Below the pieces are notes generated by a model, which made no database searches, was not told the origin of the DNA, and saw only the letters and a program-made list of their open reading frames with translations. Below are positions 40,943 through 51,415 of a DNA stretch of 64,000 nucleotides, in pieces (the stretch's first letter is position 1; the number at the start of each line of letters is the position of its first letter). The stretch spans positions 1,120,001 through 1,184,000 of the forward strand of contig OY829846.1 in assembly GCA_963691875.1 (NCBI GenBank), written 5' to 3'. The stretch comes from Aureliella sp. GTDB taxonomy: Bacteria; Planctomycetota; Planctomycetia; Pirellulales; Pirellulaceae. A program made the translations under genes and the position numbers.

Positions 40943-41896
40943 CTAAACATCCGTCTTTCGGCGTCGAGGAGGTGGGGCGATTGAAGGAGCCGATGCAGAG
41001 GATCCCGTCGTGGGAGTTGTTGCTCGAACGCGTCGTCTTCGCCGCAAGAGATGCGGACGTCGAGCTTCAGCACTTCCGGTGTGCGTCGTTGTCGTGGATT
41101 CGGGGGCAGTGCTGGGTACAGCGCCACTATTTTCAATCGACTCACGCGCAAGACCGGCGAGCGATTCAGCCTCATCTGCGACAATGTCGCCGAGATACTC
41201 ACGTCGTACTTCGGGATGCTTGCGAACCTCGTCTGGATGCCCCTCGCAAAGCACGGTGCCTTTACTGATCACATAGCATCGATCTACAGTTTGAAGGATC
41301 TCTCGCGCCGCATGGTCGGTAATTAAGATCGCGATGCCGCGCTGACGGAGTTTTGCAATGATTTCCTGAATGCTTTGAACCGTAACCGGATCAATACCCG
41401 CAAAGGGCTCGTCAAGCATGATGATTTCAGGGTTAGAAACCAGACAGCGTGCAATTTCCAAACGACGTCGTTCACCGCCAGAAAGCTTGCCAGCCTTCGA
41501 ACGACGGATGTGCGTGATCTCAAAGTCCTCGAGCAATTGGTTGGTTCGGAGCTTGCGTTCGCGGTATGGAACCCCGAGCAGCTCATAGATAGACAAGATG
41601 TTTTGTTCGACGGTCAGCTTGCGAAAAACGCTCGACTCTTGAGCCAGGTAGCCCATGTGCCCTTCCGAAGCGCGCCGGTAGAGTGGCCAGCTCGTGACAT
41701 CTTTCTCCCCCAGGAAAACTTTGCCGCGATCCGGTTTGACGATTCCACATGTCATCTTGAAGCTGGTGGATTTGCCCGCACCATTCGGGCCAAGCAGGCC
41801 GACAATTTCAGCCTGATTGACGACCATACTGACACCGTTGACCACCTTTCGGCGACCATAACTTTTTTCCAATCCCTCGACATTCAGTACGCTCAT
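40943..41896 (-). CDS. lptB: LPS export ABC transporter ATP-binding protein with long C-terminal extension
   Basis: GLLGPNGAGKST, GYLAQESSVFRKLTVEQN, LSGGERRRLEIAR, LDEPFAGIDP, ILITDH, VRREYLG; start at ATG 41896. Confidence 0.93.
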   Translation of the reverse strand: MSVLNVEGLEKSYGRRKVVNGVSMVVNQAEIVGLLGPNGAGKSTSFKMTCGIVKPDRGKVFLGEKDVTSWPLYRRASEGHMGYLAQESSVFRKLTVEQNILSIYELLGVPYRERKLRTNQLLEDFEITHIRRSKAGKLSGGERRRLEIARCLVSNPEIIMLDEPFAGIDPVTVQSIQEIIAKLRQRGIAILITDHAAREILQTVDRCYVISKGTVLCEGHPDEVRKHPEVRREYLGDIVADEAESLAGLARESIENSGAVPSTAPESTTTTHTGSAEARRPHLLRRRRRVRATTPTTGSSASAPSIAPPPRRRKTDV

Positions 41897-42047
41897 TGCG
41901 ATTCTTCCTTGCAGCAATCCCTCTCCGCAGTTGCTGCGATGCTAGCTTATCTCGCAAGAAAACGAAACAGTAATCCGGCGGCTACCTGCGTCGCTATAAT
42001 GGATCACTCTTACCTCGCATTCTTTTAGCTATCATTCCTACCGAGCC

Positions 42048-44453
42048 ATGCCCTCCAGTGCCAGATTGCAGTTTCTACTTGGTTCAGTTCGCTACACATT
42101 CCCTCTTTTTCTATACGTCGCCATCTTGGCAACACCAGGTTGGGAGCTAGTTGGGGCGCAGGAGCCGGCTCGCCATTCGCAAGGAAAAGTGGAATATAGC
42201 CGCGATATTCTGCCCATCCTGTCGCAAAAGTGCTTTGTCTGTCACGGATTGGACGAGGAAGCGAGGCAAGCCGACTTAAGGCTCGATCAATTCGAGTTCG
42301 CGACTTCAGATGAGGCGACAGGCACTGCGTCCATCGTTCCTGGTAAGCCGTCGGACAGCGAACTTCTACGCCGCGTTAGCTCTTCAGATCCTGATTTGCG
42401 GATGCCACCTGAAGAGCATGGTGAATCCCTCACATCAGAGCAAGTAGCCACGCTGCGACAATGGATTTCTGAAGGGGCGGAATACCAATCGCATTGGGCT
42501 TTTGAAAAACCCACGAGCGCCGAACTCCCTCCGAATCTCCATGGTGACTCAAGTCATCCAGTAGATCGCTTCATTCATCGCCGCCTGACTCAATCGGAAC
42601 TAAGCCCCTCAACACGCGCGGATCACGCGGCTTTGCTTCGCAGGTTGAGCCTAGACCTGATTGGTTTGCCGCCCTCATTAGCAGAGCTGGACCGATTCCT
42701 CGCCGCCGCCAAAATCGACTTTGACTCTGCCTATGCGAGCGAAGTGGATCGATTGCTGAAGAGCCCGCACTATGGAGAGCGTTGGGGGAGGTGGTGGTTG
42801 GACCAAGCTCGCTACGCCGACAGCAACGGCTATTCGATCGACGGACCGCGCAAGATCTGGAAATACCGTGATTGGGTGATCGAAGCTTTTAACTCAGATC
42901 TTCCCTTCGACGAATTTACGATCCAGCAGCTCGCGGGCGATCTGCTGCCCAACGCAACGCAAAACAATCGTGTCGCGACAGGTTTTCACCGGAACACGCA
43001 GATTAACCAAGAAGGCGGTATCGATCGGGAGCAATTCCGAATCGACAGCGTTTTCGATCGCGTTGCGACGACTGGCACGGTCTGGATGGGGCTGACGATC
43101 GGTTGTGCACAGTGTCACGACCACAAGTTTGATCCTATCTCACAAGTTGAGTACTACCAGCTGTTCGCGTTCTTCAACAATCAAGACGAACTAAACTTGG
43201 AAGTTCACGCTGACTTGGCAAGTTTGCCCGCACGAAGAGAACTTGCAAAGAAGACTCAGAGTGAGTTGTCAGATTGGTTACAAACTAAACGTTCGAATCT
43301 GCAAGCCTGGCTAGCGGAGCTCGACGATTCGAAACGCGAGAAACTACCTGGTGATTTGAAGAAGTTGCTCGAGAAGGAAGGTGAAAAGTGGTCCTCTGGC
43401 GACTTAGAAAAACTGTTTGCCCAAGAGCTTGCTAAGAGTGTCCCTAGATTTCGAGAGTTGACTAAGGCACGCGACGCTGCCAAGGCAGCGACGATCGGCG
43501 TGACAACGATGGTTCTGGCCGAACGCAAAACGCAGCGAACGAGCCATCTGTTGATCAAAGGCGATTTTACTCGTCCCGACCTTGAAGTCTCGCCAGCCAC
43601 TCCGAGCGTGTTGCACCCAATGATCGCACGTGGCGATGCACCTGATCGGCTGGATCTTGCGAATTGGATTGTCCATCCTGACAACCCTCTGACTTCACGC
43701 GTTATCGTGAATCGTGTTTGGCAAATTTACTTTGGTCGTGGCTTGGTCGAGACGGAGAACGACTTTGGGACGCTGGGCACTCAGGCGACACATCCAGAAC
43801 TTTTGGATTGGCTCGCGGTGAATTTCCAAAAAGGAGGCTGGCGTCTGAAAGAGCTTCACCGTCTTATCGTAACTTCGGACACTTATCAGCAGAGTTCCAA
43901 TGAGCGAGCGGACCTTCACAACAAAGACCCGAACAACTTGTTGCTTGGTCGCCAGACTCGGCTGCGGCTGGAAGCGGAGCTAATTCGTGATTTGAGTCTT
44001 TACGTGAGCGGTTTGCTAGCGCCGAAGATTGGCGGACCTCCTGTTTACCCTCCAATCCCGCCGGGCGTCATGAATCGTGGGCAAGTAAATCGATCTTGGA
44101 AAGCCAGTCAAGGAGATGACCGCTATCGCCGAGCGATTTACACTTTTGTGTATCGAGCTACGCCGCCACCGTCGCTAAATGTCTTCGATGCACCGGACGG
44201 ATTCAGTAGTTGCACGCGCAGGAGCCGCAGCAATACGCCGCTCCAGGCGTTGACGCTGCTAAATGATCAAGCGTTCTCAGAATTCGCGGCAGCACTTGAA
44301 AAGCGCATTGAATCCGAAGGGGTTGCCAAGGCTTTTAGGATTTGCACTGGGAGAGTTCCAGAGCAGCAAGAGCTTGAAGTGCTCGATAGCTTGGACACGA
44401 GTAGTGCCGCGCGCGTGCTTTTGAACCTGGATGAAACCGTAACGCGAAACTGA
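42048..44453 (+). CDS. Planctomycete cytochrome c / PSCyt2 (DUF1549) / PSD1 (DUF1553) protein
   Basis: CFVCH and CAQCHDHKFDP; HYGERWGRWWLDQARYADS; NPLTSRVIVNRVW; THPELLDWLA; NTPLQALTLLND. Confidence 0.95.
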   Translation: MPSSARLQFLLGSVRYTFPLFLYVAILATPGWELVGAQEPARHSQGKVEYSRDILPILSQKCFVCHGLDEEARQADLRLDQFEFATSDEATGTASIVPGKPSDSELLRRVSSSDPDLRMPPEEHGESLTSEQVATLRQWISEGAEYQSHWAFEKPTSAELPPNLHGDSSHPVDRFIHRRLTQSELSPSTRADHAALLRRLSLDLIGLPPSLAELDRFLAAAKIDFDSAYASEVDRLLKSPHYGERWGRWWLDQARYADSNGYSIDGPRKIWKYRDWVIEAFNSDLPFDEFTIQQLAGDLLPNATQNNRVATGFHRNTQINQEGGIDREQFRIDSVFDRVATTGTVWMGLTIGCAQCHDHKFDPISQVEYYQLFAFFNNQDELNLEVHADLASLPARRELAKKTQSELSDWLQTKRSNLQAWLAELDDSKREKLPGDLKKLLEKEGEKWSSGDLEKLFAQELAKSVPRFRELTKARDAAKAATIGVTTMVLAERKTQRTSHLLIKGDFTRPDLEVSPATPSVLHPMIARGDAPDRLDLANWIVHPDNPLTSRVIVNRVWQIYFGRGLVETENDFGTLGTQATHPELLDWLAVNFQKGGWRLKELHRLIVTSDTYQQSSNERADLHNKDPNNLLLGRQTRLRLEAELIRDLSLYVSGLLAPKIGGPPVYPPIPPGVMNRGQVNRSWKASQGDDRYRRAIYTFVYRATPPPSLNVFDAPDGFSSCTRRSRSNTPLQALTLLNDQAFSEFAAALEKRIESEGVAKAFRICTGRVPEQQELEVLDSLDTSSAARVLLNLDETVTRN

Positions 44454-44556
44454 CAAACGCCATTCGAAGACCAGACCTTGTGGCTGGCTCCATACCACGA
44501 GACAAAGAGGATTCGCCTGCAGAGGCGAAGGCGACACGAAGAATAGAGTACCTGAC

Positions 44557-46017
44557 ATGACGCAACCCATTCTAACCCCTAGCCAGCAGCTACTGCGTGA
44601 GTCCACACGACGCCACTTCTTTTCCCGTTGCGGATTAGGTGTTGGAGCAATGGCGCTGGGAGACCTGATTGGGAATCGCGCGGCAATTGCAGATGATCCG
44701 GCAAACCCACTATCACCAAAGTCTCCGCATTTTCCCGCCAAAGCGAAGAACATAATTTACTTGTTCATGGCTGGTGGTCCATCGCAGCTTGAGATGTGGG
44801 ATCACAAGCCGAAACTCGCCGAGCTGAATGGAAAGCCAATTCCGCAAAGTTACATCGAAGGAAAGCGATTTGCCTTCATGAACAGCAGTCACCGGACGGA
44901 TCTGTTGGGGCCGAAGCGAAAATTCGAACAGCATGGCGAGAATGGTACCTGGGTCAGCGATTTGTTGCCTGAGACCGGGAAGATCGTCGATGAGTTGACC
45001 TTGCTGAAGACTTGTCAGACTGAACTCTTCAATCATGCTCCCGCGAAGCTATTCATGAATGCTGGCACAGGACAGTTCGGGCGGCCAAGTATGGGATCCT
45101 GGGTGACGTACGGACTCGGTAGCGAGTGCGATAACCTGCCGGGTTTTGTCGTTTTGCAGAGTGGCCCCCGAGGACCGCGGGGCGGCGGAGTGCTCTGGGG
45201 TAGCGGAATGTTGCCGACAAGCTACCAGGGCGTTGCACTTCGCAATCAAGGAGACCCGATTCTCAATCTTTCTTCACCTAAGGGTGTTGACTCAGCGAAG
45301 CAAAAACAAGTTGTCGATGCGGTAGCAAAGCTAAATCAGATGCGTCTAGACGCAACGGGCGATGCGGAGATCGCAACTCGAATCAATGCTTACGAGATGG
45401 CATTTCGTATGCAGACCAGTGCTCCGGAGCTGATGGATACGGCCCAGGAATCACAGGAGACACTTGATCTTTATGGTATTAGTGACGCAGGGGAATCGAG
45501 CTTTGCACGAAATTGCTTGCTGGCAAGAAGATTGGTCGAACGCGGAGTCCGTTTCATTCAGTTGTATCACACAAATTGGGACCATCATGGCGGGCCAAGT
45601 GAAAATTTGGAAAAACACTTGCCGGAGATCTGCGGTCAAATCGATAAGCCTTGTGCTGCTCTCGTGATGGACCTCAAACGACGAGGACTTCTCAACGACA
45701 CGATTGTGGTTTGGGGAGGCGAGTTTGGTCGTACTCCGATGGGAGAAGTCAGGCAGACCACCGGGCGCAATCATCACATCGATGCCTTTACGATGTGGTT
45801 TGCCGGAGGCGGCTTCCAGCCAGGATGCGTCTACGGACAGACTGATGAGCTGGGCTTTGGGCCGGTCGAGAATCCAACGCACGTTCGAGACATCCATGCG
45901 ACCCTATTGCACCAGCTTGGGCTCGACCACCAGCGACTATCCGTGCCATTTCAAGGTTTGGACGTTCGCCTCACGGGAGTGGAACGTGCCAATGTCCTTC
46001 ACGATGTCCTGAGCTAG
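44557..46017 (+). CDS. DUF1501 family protein
   Basis: TRRHFF Tat-like motif; FMAGGPSQLE, WGGEFGRTP, DIHATLLHQLG; typical partner of a PSD1 gene. Confidence 0.93.
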   Translation: MTQPILTPSQQLLRESTRRHFFSRCGLGVGAMALGDLIGNRAAIADDPANPLSPKSPHFPAKAKNIIYLFMAGGPSQLEMWDHKPKLAELNGKPIPQSYIEGKRFAFMNSSHRTDLLGPKRKFEQHGENGTWVSDLLPETGKIVDELTLLKTCQTELFNHAPAKLFMNAGTGQFGRPSMGSWVTYGLGSECDNLPGFVVLQSGPRGPRGGGVLWGSGMLPTSYQGVALRNQGDPILNLSSPKGVDSAKQKQVVDAVAKLNQMRLDATGDAEIATRINAYEMAFRMQTSAPELMDTAQESQETLDLYGISDAGESSFARNCLLARRLVERGVRFIQLYHTNWDHHGGPSENLEKHLPEICGQIDKPCAALVMDLKRRGLLNDTIVVWGGEFGRTPMGEVRQTTGRNHHIDAFTMWFAGGGFQPGCVYGQTDELGFGPVENPTHVRDIHATLLHQLGLDHQRLSVPFQGLDVRLTGVERANVLHDVLS

Positions 46018-46045
46018 TCACATTCAATCTGCAGGTTCGCAAAAA

Positions 46046-46414
46046 GTGCTTTCGCATTGGGTCAAGAAATTCAAGAATGCTTTTAAAGGCATCTTCTACG
46101 GAGCGGTTGGAGAAACTAGCTTCTATTTTCACGTCGCGGCTGCATTAGCCGTCGTCGTAGCGGCTTGGCTCCTGAACTGTCCCACTGAGCGGTGGTGCAT
46201 ACTTTTGCTCTGCATTGCCCTCGTGATGTCCTTAGAATTGATCAATAGCTCCATTGAACACTTAGCAAAAGGATTGTGCGAGGAGCAAAATCCGCAAGTT
46301 GGAAAAGCGTTAGACATTGCCAGCGGAGCGGTTTTGATCTCAAGCGTCTTTGCTGTGATAATCGCTGCAATCATTTTCATTCCGCTACTTCTGATGCTAT
46401 GGAGCCCAGCCTAG
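46046..46414 (+). CDS. dgkA: Diacylglycerol/undecaprenol kinase (DgkA family)
   Basis: FKNAFKGI, LELINSSIEHL, KALDIASGAV; three TM helices. Confidence 0.85.
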   Translation: MLSHWVKKFKNAFKGIFYGAVGETSFYFHVAAALAVVVAAWLLNCPTERWCILLLCIALVMSLELINSSIEHLAKGLCEEQNPQVGKALDIASGAVLISSVFAVIIAAIIFIPLLLMLWSPA

Positions 46415-47034
46415 GTGTCACGCAAGGCAAATTGTACTCGGCAGGTAGCCCAAACTTTACGACGTGCGGATTCTTCATTGCAAATCGCAGCACCGGCAGA
46501 TCCATCAGCATCACCAAGAATCGACTTCTGAAGTTTGTAAGGTCCTTCTTCGATCTTCAGGACGCCGCCCAGAGTTGAGCTCATTGCCCGAGCCAATTTT
46601 TCCGCTTTCAGCCTAGCGTCCTTGAAGGCATCCGCCAATGCCGCAGATTGAGCATCAACGTTTCCCGCGTACTCAGGAGACCTGGGCTGAACTCGCATGG
46701 AAACTTGGTCGCTGTCGAATATGACGGCGCTAAGATTGTCTAGCGCAGTCTTCAGCCGCTTCAGGTCGGTGACTCTCAGCAGAAGGCAGCGTTTACCCTC
46801 TTCCCGGGAGTTTTCTTGGCGGTACCAAGGCCGGTAAAAAACACGTCCGCCCGCGGCGATTTCATCCTCCGAGATTTCGCTTGTTTCAAGCTCCGTAAGC
46901 ACAGAATCCCAAGCCTCAGCCAAGCTATTGCCTTGAGATTCCGCAGAGGAGTCGAAGATCGTAATCTCCGCAACATAGCAGCGGGCCTTCTCGGAGGAGC
47001 TACCCTCACCACTAACTTCAATAAACCTGTCCAT
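46411..47034 (-). CDS. SIMPL (DUF541) domain protein
   Basis: IEVSGEG...ALADAFKDARLKAEKLARA...LGGVLKIEE...VQFAL; start at ATG 47034. Confidence 0.8.
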   Translation of the reverse strand: MDRFIEVSGEGSSSEKARCYVAEITIFDSSAESQGNSLAEAWDSVLTELETSEISEDEIAAGGRVFYRPWYRQENSREEGKRCLLLRVTDLKRLKTALDNLSAVIFDSDQVSMRVQPRSPEYAGNVDAQSAALADAFKDARLKAEKLARAMSSTLGGVLKIEEGPYKLQKSILGDADGSAGAAICNEESARRKVWATCRVQFALRDT

Positions 47035-47193
47035 ATTCGCTAACTCTGCGAGTGCGAGCCGACCATGATCCCAGAGCCTCAAGATTACCCCGAAGGCTAG
47101 GATTGAGGCAAGTAAATAGTATTTCGCTGTAAAATTGACGCGGTTATGCGCAGTCTAATACTTTCGTTCGCTGCAGGCGAACAGGAAAAAGCT

Positions 47194-48048
47194 TCAGGGC
47201 GCAGCGACGTTGATGGATGAGGGAGGTTGCTCAGCGAGCCGCTTGACAGAGTTGCGATAACGTTCACTGCGAATGAGGGTTTTGACACTCTTCAAGTCCG
47301 CAAAAGCTTGCTCTTTCAAATTGTCTTCCATGTAGAGACGCAAGAAAAAGTTTGGATCGCGATCCTCCGGACGAGCCCCATGTACGGTGACTTTGTCAAA
47401 TAGATCGTTATTCTTCTGAATCAGCATGGTCATATCGGCGACCTTCTTGTCAATTGCATCCGCAACCATTCGCTTGAAGTTGCCTTGATTCGCCAGATTG
47501 ATCGGAACATTAAAGGTCTTGATCGTCGCGACGGTTTTGCGGAGCAGTGCAGTGATCCTTGGATCCGCGTCGATCAAAACATGCTCCAGCTCATGAAGCA
47601 TTAAACTCGTTTCCCAAACATCCTCTTTCGCGTAACTACTTGGCAGAGAAATTTGGATGTCATGCTTTACGGCGATCTTGGTGAATGTAACACGAATCCG
47701 AGCGATAACTCCCTGGGCAGTTTGAACGCGTTGCACGTGAAGTTGGAAGCGATAATCGATGTTGATCTTGAACTGCGTCTGGCCGTCGTACTGCTGATCT
47801 GCTGGTCGCTGTCGATAGAACTGAATCTTGACATCGCCAAGCTTGAATAGCTCAGCAATGCCCTTCGGCGGCTTGGGCAGCTCGACTACTGCATTGTCGA
47901 GCGTTGCCGTTTGCCCGAAGGTTAAGGGCGACAGAGTGAACGAAAAAAGGAAAGGACACAGGCAGTAAAGCGGCAACAGCCTCAGCAAGCTGGATCGCTG
48001 GTTGCCGTCGTGTGTCAAACTATCGTTCCATGTCTGCAGAGAATGCAT
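47194..48048 (-). CDS. Secreted hypothetical protein with HExxH motif (DUF922-like Zn peptidase)
   Basis: Signal peptide-like region; ISLP....W...LMLHELEHV...D..T.HG pattern; start uncertain. Confidence 0.6.
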   Translation of the reverse strand: MHSLQTWNDSLTHDGNQRSSLLRLLPLYCLCPFLFSFTLSPLTFGQTATLDNAVVELPKPPKGIAELFKLGDVKIQFYRQRPADQQYDGQTQFKINIDYRFQLHVQRVQTAQGVIARIRVTFTKIAVKHDIQISLPSSYAKEDVWETSLMLHELEHVLIDADPRITALLRKTVATIKTFNVPINLANQGNFKRMVADAIDKKVADMTMLIQKNNDLFDKVTVHGARPEDRDPNFFLRLYMEDNLKEQAFADLKSVKTLIRSERYRNSVKRLAEQPPSSINVAAP

Positions 48049-49680
48049 CTACTTCTTCGGTTTGTTACCGCGAATCTTAGCTGAAGTCGGATTATCCTTC
48101 CCTCCCCCAAGCGATGCTGGAGGATCCTGCTCTGGAACTTTAAACTCTTCACGCAGTCGCTGCAGTTCGACCTTCAGTGCCGCTTGCACCTTTGCGACTT
48201 GTTGCGACCCGTAAATGCTCTGCATCTCAAGTGGATCTTGTTTCAAATCAAAGAGCTCCCACTCGTCAACGTCCCTCTCGTAGAAACGAATTAGCTTGTA
48301 GCGACCGTCGGTCACGCCGTAGTGTCGACGAACATCGTGCCAGCCAGGAAACTCGTAGTAGTGATAGTAAAAACTCTTTCGCCAATCAGCGGGAGTGTGT
48401 CCTTTGAGGACGGGAACAAGACTTCTACCTTGCATATCCGATGGAATCTCAGCCCCAGCAACGTCGAGAAAAGTCTCTGCAAAGTCCAGTGGCGAGACAA
48501 TATCTTGGTTGATCGTACCCGGCTTAGTGATGCCCGGCCATTTCACGAGCAACGGCGTTCGCAAGCTCTCTTCGTACATCCACCGTTTGTCGAACCAACC
48601 ATGTTCGCCTAGGTAGAAGCCCTGGTCAGAGCTGTAGACAACGATCGTATTTTTGTCCAAACCGCTCTCAGCCAAATAGTCGAGCATACGACCAACGTTA
48701 TCGTCAACAGATGCAACGCATCGCAAATAATCCTTGACGTAACGCTGATACTTCCAACGAACCAAGTCTTTGCCTTTCAATTTCGCCTCTCGGAAAGCCT
48801 TATTTTTCGGTTCGTAAGCCGCGTTCCACGTCTTCAATTGCTCCGGAGTTAGATTCCGTGGTGGAGTGAGCTTGAGGTCACTCTCCGTCATCGTCTTAGC
48901 GATCGACATGTCTTGTGTTTTCGCTGGGGTGCCACGTCCAGAATAGTCGTCAAATAGAGTTGGCGGCTCAGGCAGATCCACATCATCGTACATGTGCAGA
49001 TGCTTGGGACCAGGCTGCCAATTTCGATGCGGTGCCTTGTGCTGGTACATCAACATAAACGGCTTGCTTGTATCCCGCGTGGACTTGAGCCAGTCGAGAG
49101 CCAAATCCGTAATGATGTCCGTCGTGTATCCGACGTGCGAAGTTCGCTTGCCGTTCTTCAGCATTGGTGGATTGTAGTATGGTCCTTGTCCAATTAACAC
49201 TTCCGAATAATCGTAGCCTTGAGGCGGCATGTGTTCGCCAAGATGCCACTTACCTACAACGGCAGTTTGGTAGCCCACTCTTTGAAGCAGTTTCGGAAAC
49301 GTTTGCTGTTTGCCGTCAAACTGGTTTCCATTAACCAAGAAGCCGTTCAGGTGCGAATACTTGCCTGTTTGGATAACAGCTCGCACTGGCCCACAAATCG
49401 AATTCGGCACATAGCATCGCTGGAACAACATCCCTTCACGGGCGATGCGGTCGATGTTTGGTGTTTGATTCAGTGGCTTGCCCGTGCTGCCTTGATAAGC
49501 TGAAATGGACTGGTAGGCATGGTCGTCGGTGAAAATGAAAACGATGTTGGGCCGTTCTGCCGAGGTCTCGGAGTTTGCACCTTCATTCGCGCGGACCAAC
49601 GGCGAAACTGCGAAAACCAAGATAGCGATAAGGGGCGTTGTAGCGGGATGAATCGAGCAAAACATTGGCGTCTCATACAA
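48049..49680 (-). CDS. Formylglycine-dependent sulfatase (N-acetylglucosamine-6-sulfatase-like)
   Basis: [17 protein letters not shown] (CxPxR), [35 protein letters not shown]. Confidence 0.95.
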   Translation of the reverse strand: MYETPMFCSIHPATTPLIAILVFAVSPLVRANEGANSETSAERPNIVFIFTDDHAYQSISAYQGSTGKPLNQTPNIDRIAREGMLFQRCYVPNSICGPVRAVIQTGKYSHLNGFLVNGNQFDGKQQTFPKLLQRVGYQTAVVGKWHLGEHMPPQGYDYSEVLIGQGPYYNPPMLKNGKRTSHVGYTTDIITDLALDWLKSTRDTSKPFMLMYQHKAPHRNWQPGPKHLHMYDDVDLPEPPTLFDDYSGRGTPAKTQDMSIAKTMTESDLKLTPPRNLTPEQLKTWNAAYEPKNKAFREAKLKGKDLVRWKYQRYVKDYLRCVASVDDNVGRMLDYLAESGLDKNTIVVYSSDQGFYLGEHGWFDKRWMYEESLRTPLLVKWPGITKPGTINQDIVSPLDFAETFLDVAGAEIPSDMQGRSLVPVLKGHTPADWRKSFYYHYYEFPGWHDVRRHYGVTDGRYKLIRFYERDVDEWELFDLKQDPLEMQSIYGSQQVAKVQAALKVELQRLREEFKVPEQDPPASLGGGKDNPTSAKIRGNKPKK

Positions 49681-49949
49681 GTCTGGAGAAGAAGTAGAGG
49701 ACTGCGTTGACCTTTCATTCTATCTCAAACCTAGTGAACTTCGCCAGAAGTTCCGATCGCCATACAGAGTAAGTTACAGATTGATCCTGGGTAGTTCGTT
49801 CGCAAAACAACTTCCCCCCATTTCCCAGCGAGCCAAGAGCAGCGGGGAATCGAGGAATGCGAATAGGTTCAGAGCACTAGCTACGGGGAAGAAGTCTCTC
49901 CAGCTTGAGACTGTAATCTGCGCTGAGTCGGTTCCATAGCCATCTTTGG

Positions 49950-50875
49950 ATTGTTGACAGACGTCTGCGGATGGATATTGATACGCCTGCTCCGTCGGCT
50001 ACACGCTACAGATGGCCGGACGTAAATGCCCTCATGGGTTCTTCCGACCCGCCGGCATCGTATTCCTTATTGGCATTTCTGCAATTGCAGTACCTGATGG
50101 CTTTTCTGCGAGGCCTTTGGCATCGCACCTGGTCTCATCGGTATTCGAGTCTTGCTGCGACTGCCTGCTACCAGAAAAACAAACGCCGAATCGTCATATG
50201 CACCGAAGTGCCGGTGGTTAGTTTATGCCATTGGATACTCCACAAAAAAATAGCGAACGGTAGAGTTAAAAACTCGGAGGCAGACTCTCCCCGAAACTCG
50301 TAGTAGAGTCGAATGGGAAATGCTTCCTCCAATCCAAGCGGCACAGAACTGGCGAGCGTCCCAAATGGTTGGCCAACACGTCCCTCGGGAAGATCATTTG
50401 CTGACGCGTCACAGGACCTCGGCTGTTAACTAGGCGTTGGACCATTCGTGAATGCGATAGAACTTCAGCGAATCCAGGACCACTCGCGCGCGATTGCCAA
50501 CTCGAAGGATATCCGAGCCAGATTCACACATCCCGACTGACAGGTCGCGACTGAAGCTAAGCAACGACTCTAGTGGCCCCCTTCGTACGTTTGCGTACTT
50601 CACGGTGCGTTTCAATCACGACATGCTGGAGGGCGTGGATTACTTTGGTTTCTATGGCGAGCAACCGAGCAGAGCCTCGCACCAAGCAGACGGAACATGA
50701 CGTCGCTCCAGACAAAGCTTTTCGCTTGTTCGGCAACTACATCTTCGAAACCAATGCTGCCCTTGGAAACGGCTTAATCCGCTTTCTTGAGGACGGATTG
50801 GACCGCAATGAACTCAAAGCACTTTTCACACGCGATCGCTCCGACGGAGAAGCCCTCGGTGACCTTGTCAATTAG
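49950..50875 (+). pseudogene. Decayed tandem paralogue of the downstream DUF1559 gene (C-terminal portion)
   Basis: Fragments MLPPIQAA (50320) and RTKQTEHD..LFG..TNAALGNG.IRFL..LKALFTR match LLPAVQAS and WTKPTEYE..LFG..TNALTSDG.VHFL..FKALFTR in 51416..53851; 5' boundary approximate. Confidence 0.65.
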
Positions 50876-51415
50876 TCTGATTAGAGCAGGTCCGCTCTAG
50901 CTGAAAAGACCGCTTCGCGGGGCCCAAAGGGCGTTTAGATTGGGAGGTCTTTTTCCTCATATTTCAAATTGTTTTAGATAAAACAACTTTCTTGAAGTTC
51001 TGAAACCCAGTTCTGTTTAAGCGACACCTAGCGTGATACACTTAATCGCTTTGGAGGGAATCCAAGGCATGGATTTGTGTGCGAATTTGCCGGTTTCGGC
51101 TCGATCATATTGATATTGCCAGCGTTTTCCTGTTAATGCCATTTTCGCGGGTTCTTTTAGCCCGACTCGCGTTGCACGCAAACCGCCACCGATACTTCGG
51201 TGAGCTATTGGCGGTGGGAACTAGAAAGAAGCGGAGAGGTGCTCTCGGCCTGAAGGTAGAGACTCATGTCATTTACCATGCCGGAACAATCCTTTAAGAA
51301 TATTGAAAGCTGGAGCGCCCAGTTTTCGCAAGCTTTGGGCTTAGCAACCAGGCCTCCCTACCAATAAAGGGATTGGTCATAAGTCTTTGTAAAAGTTCAT
51401 ATAGCGAGCACTCGA

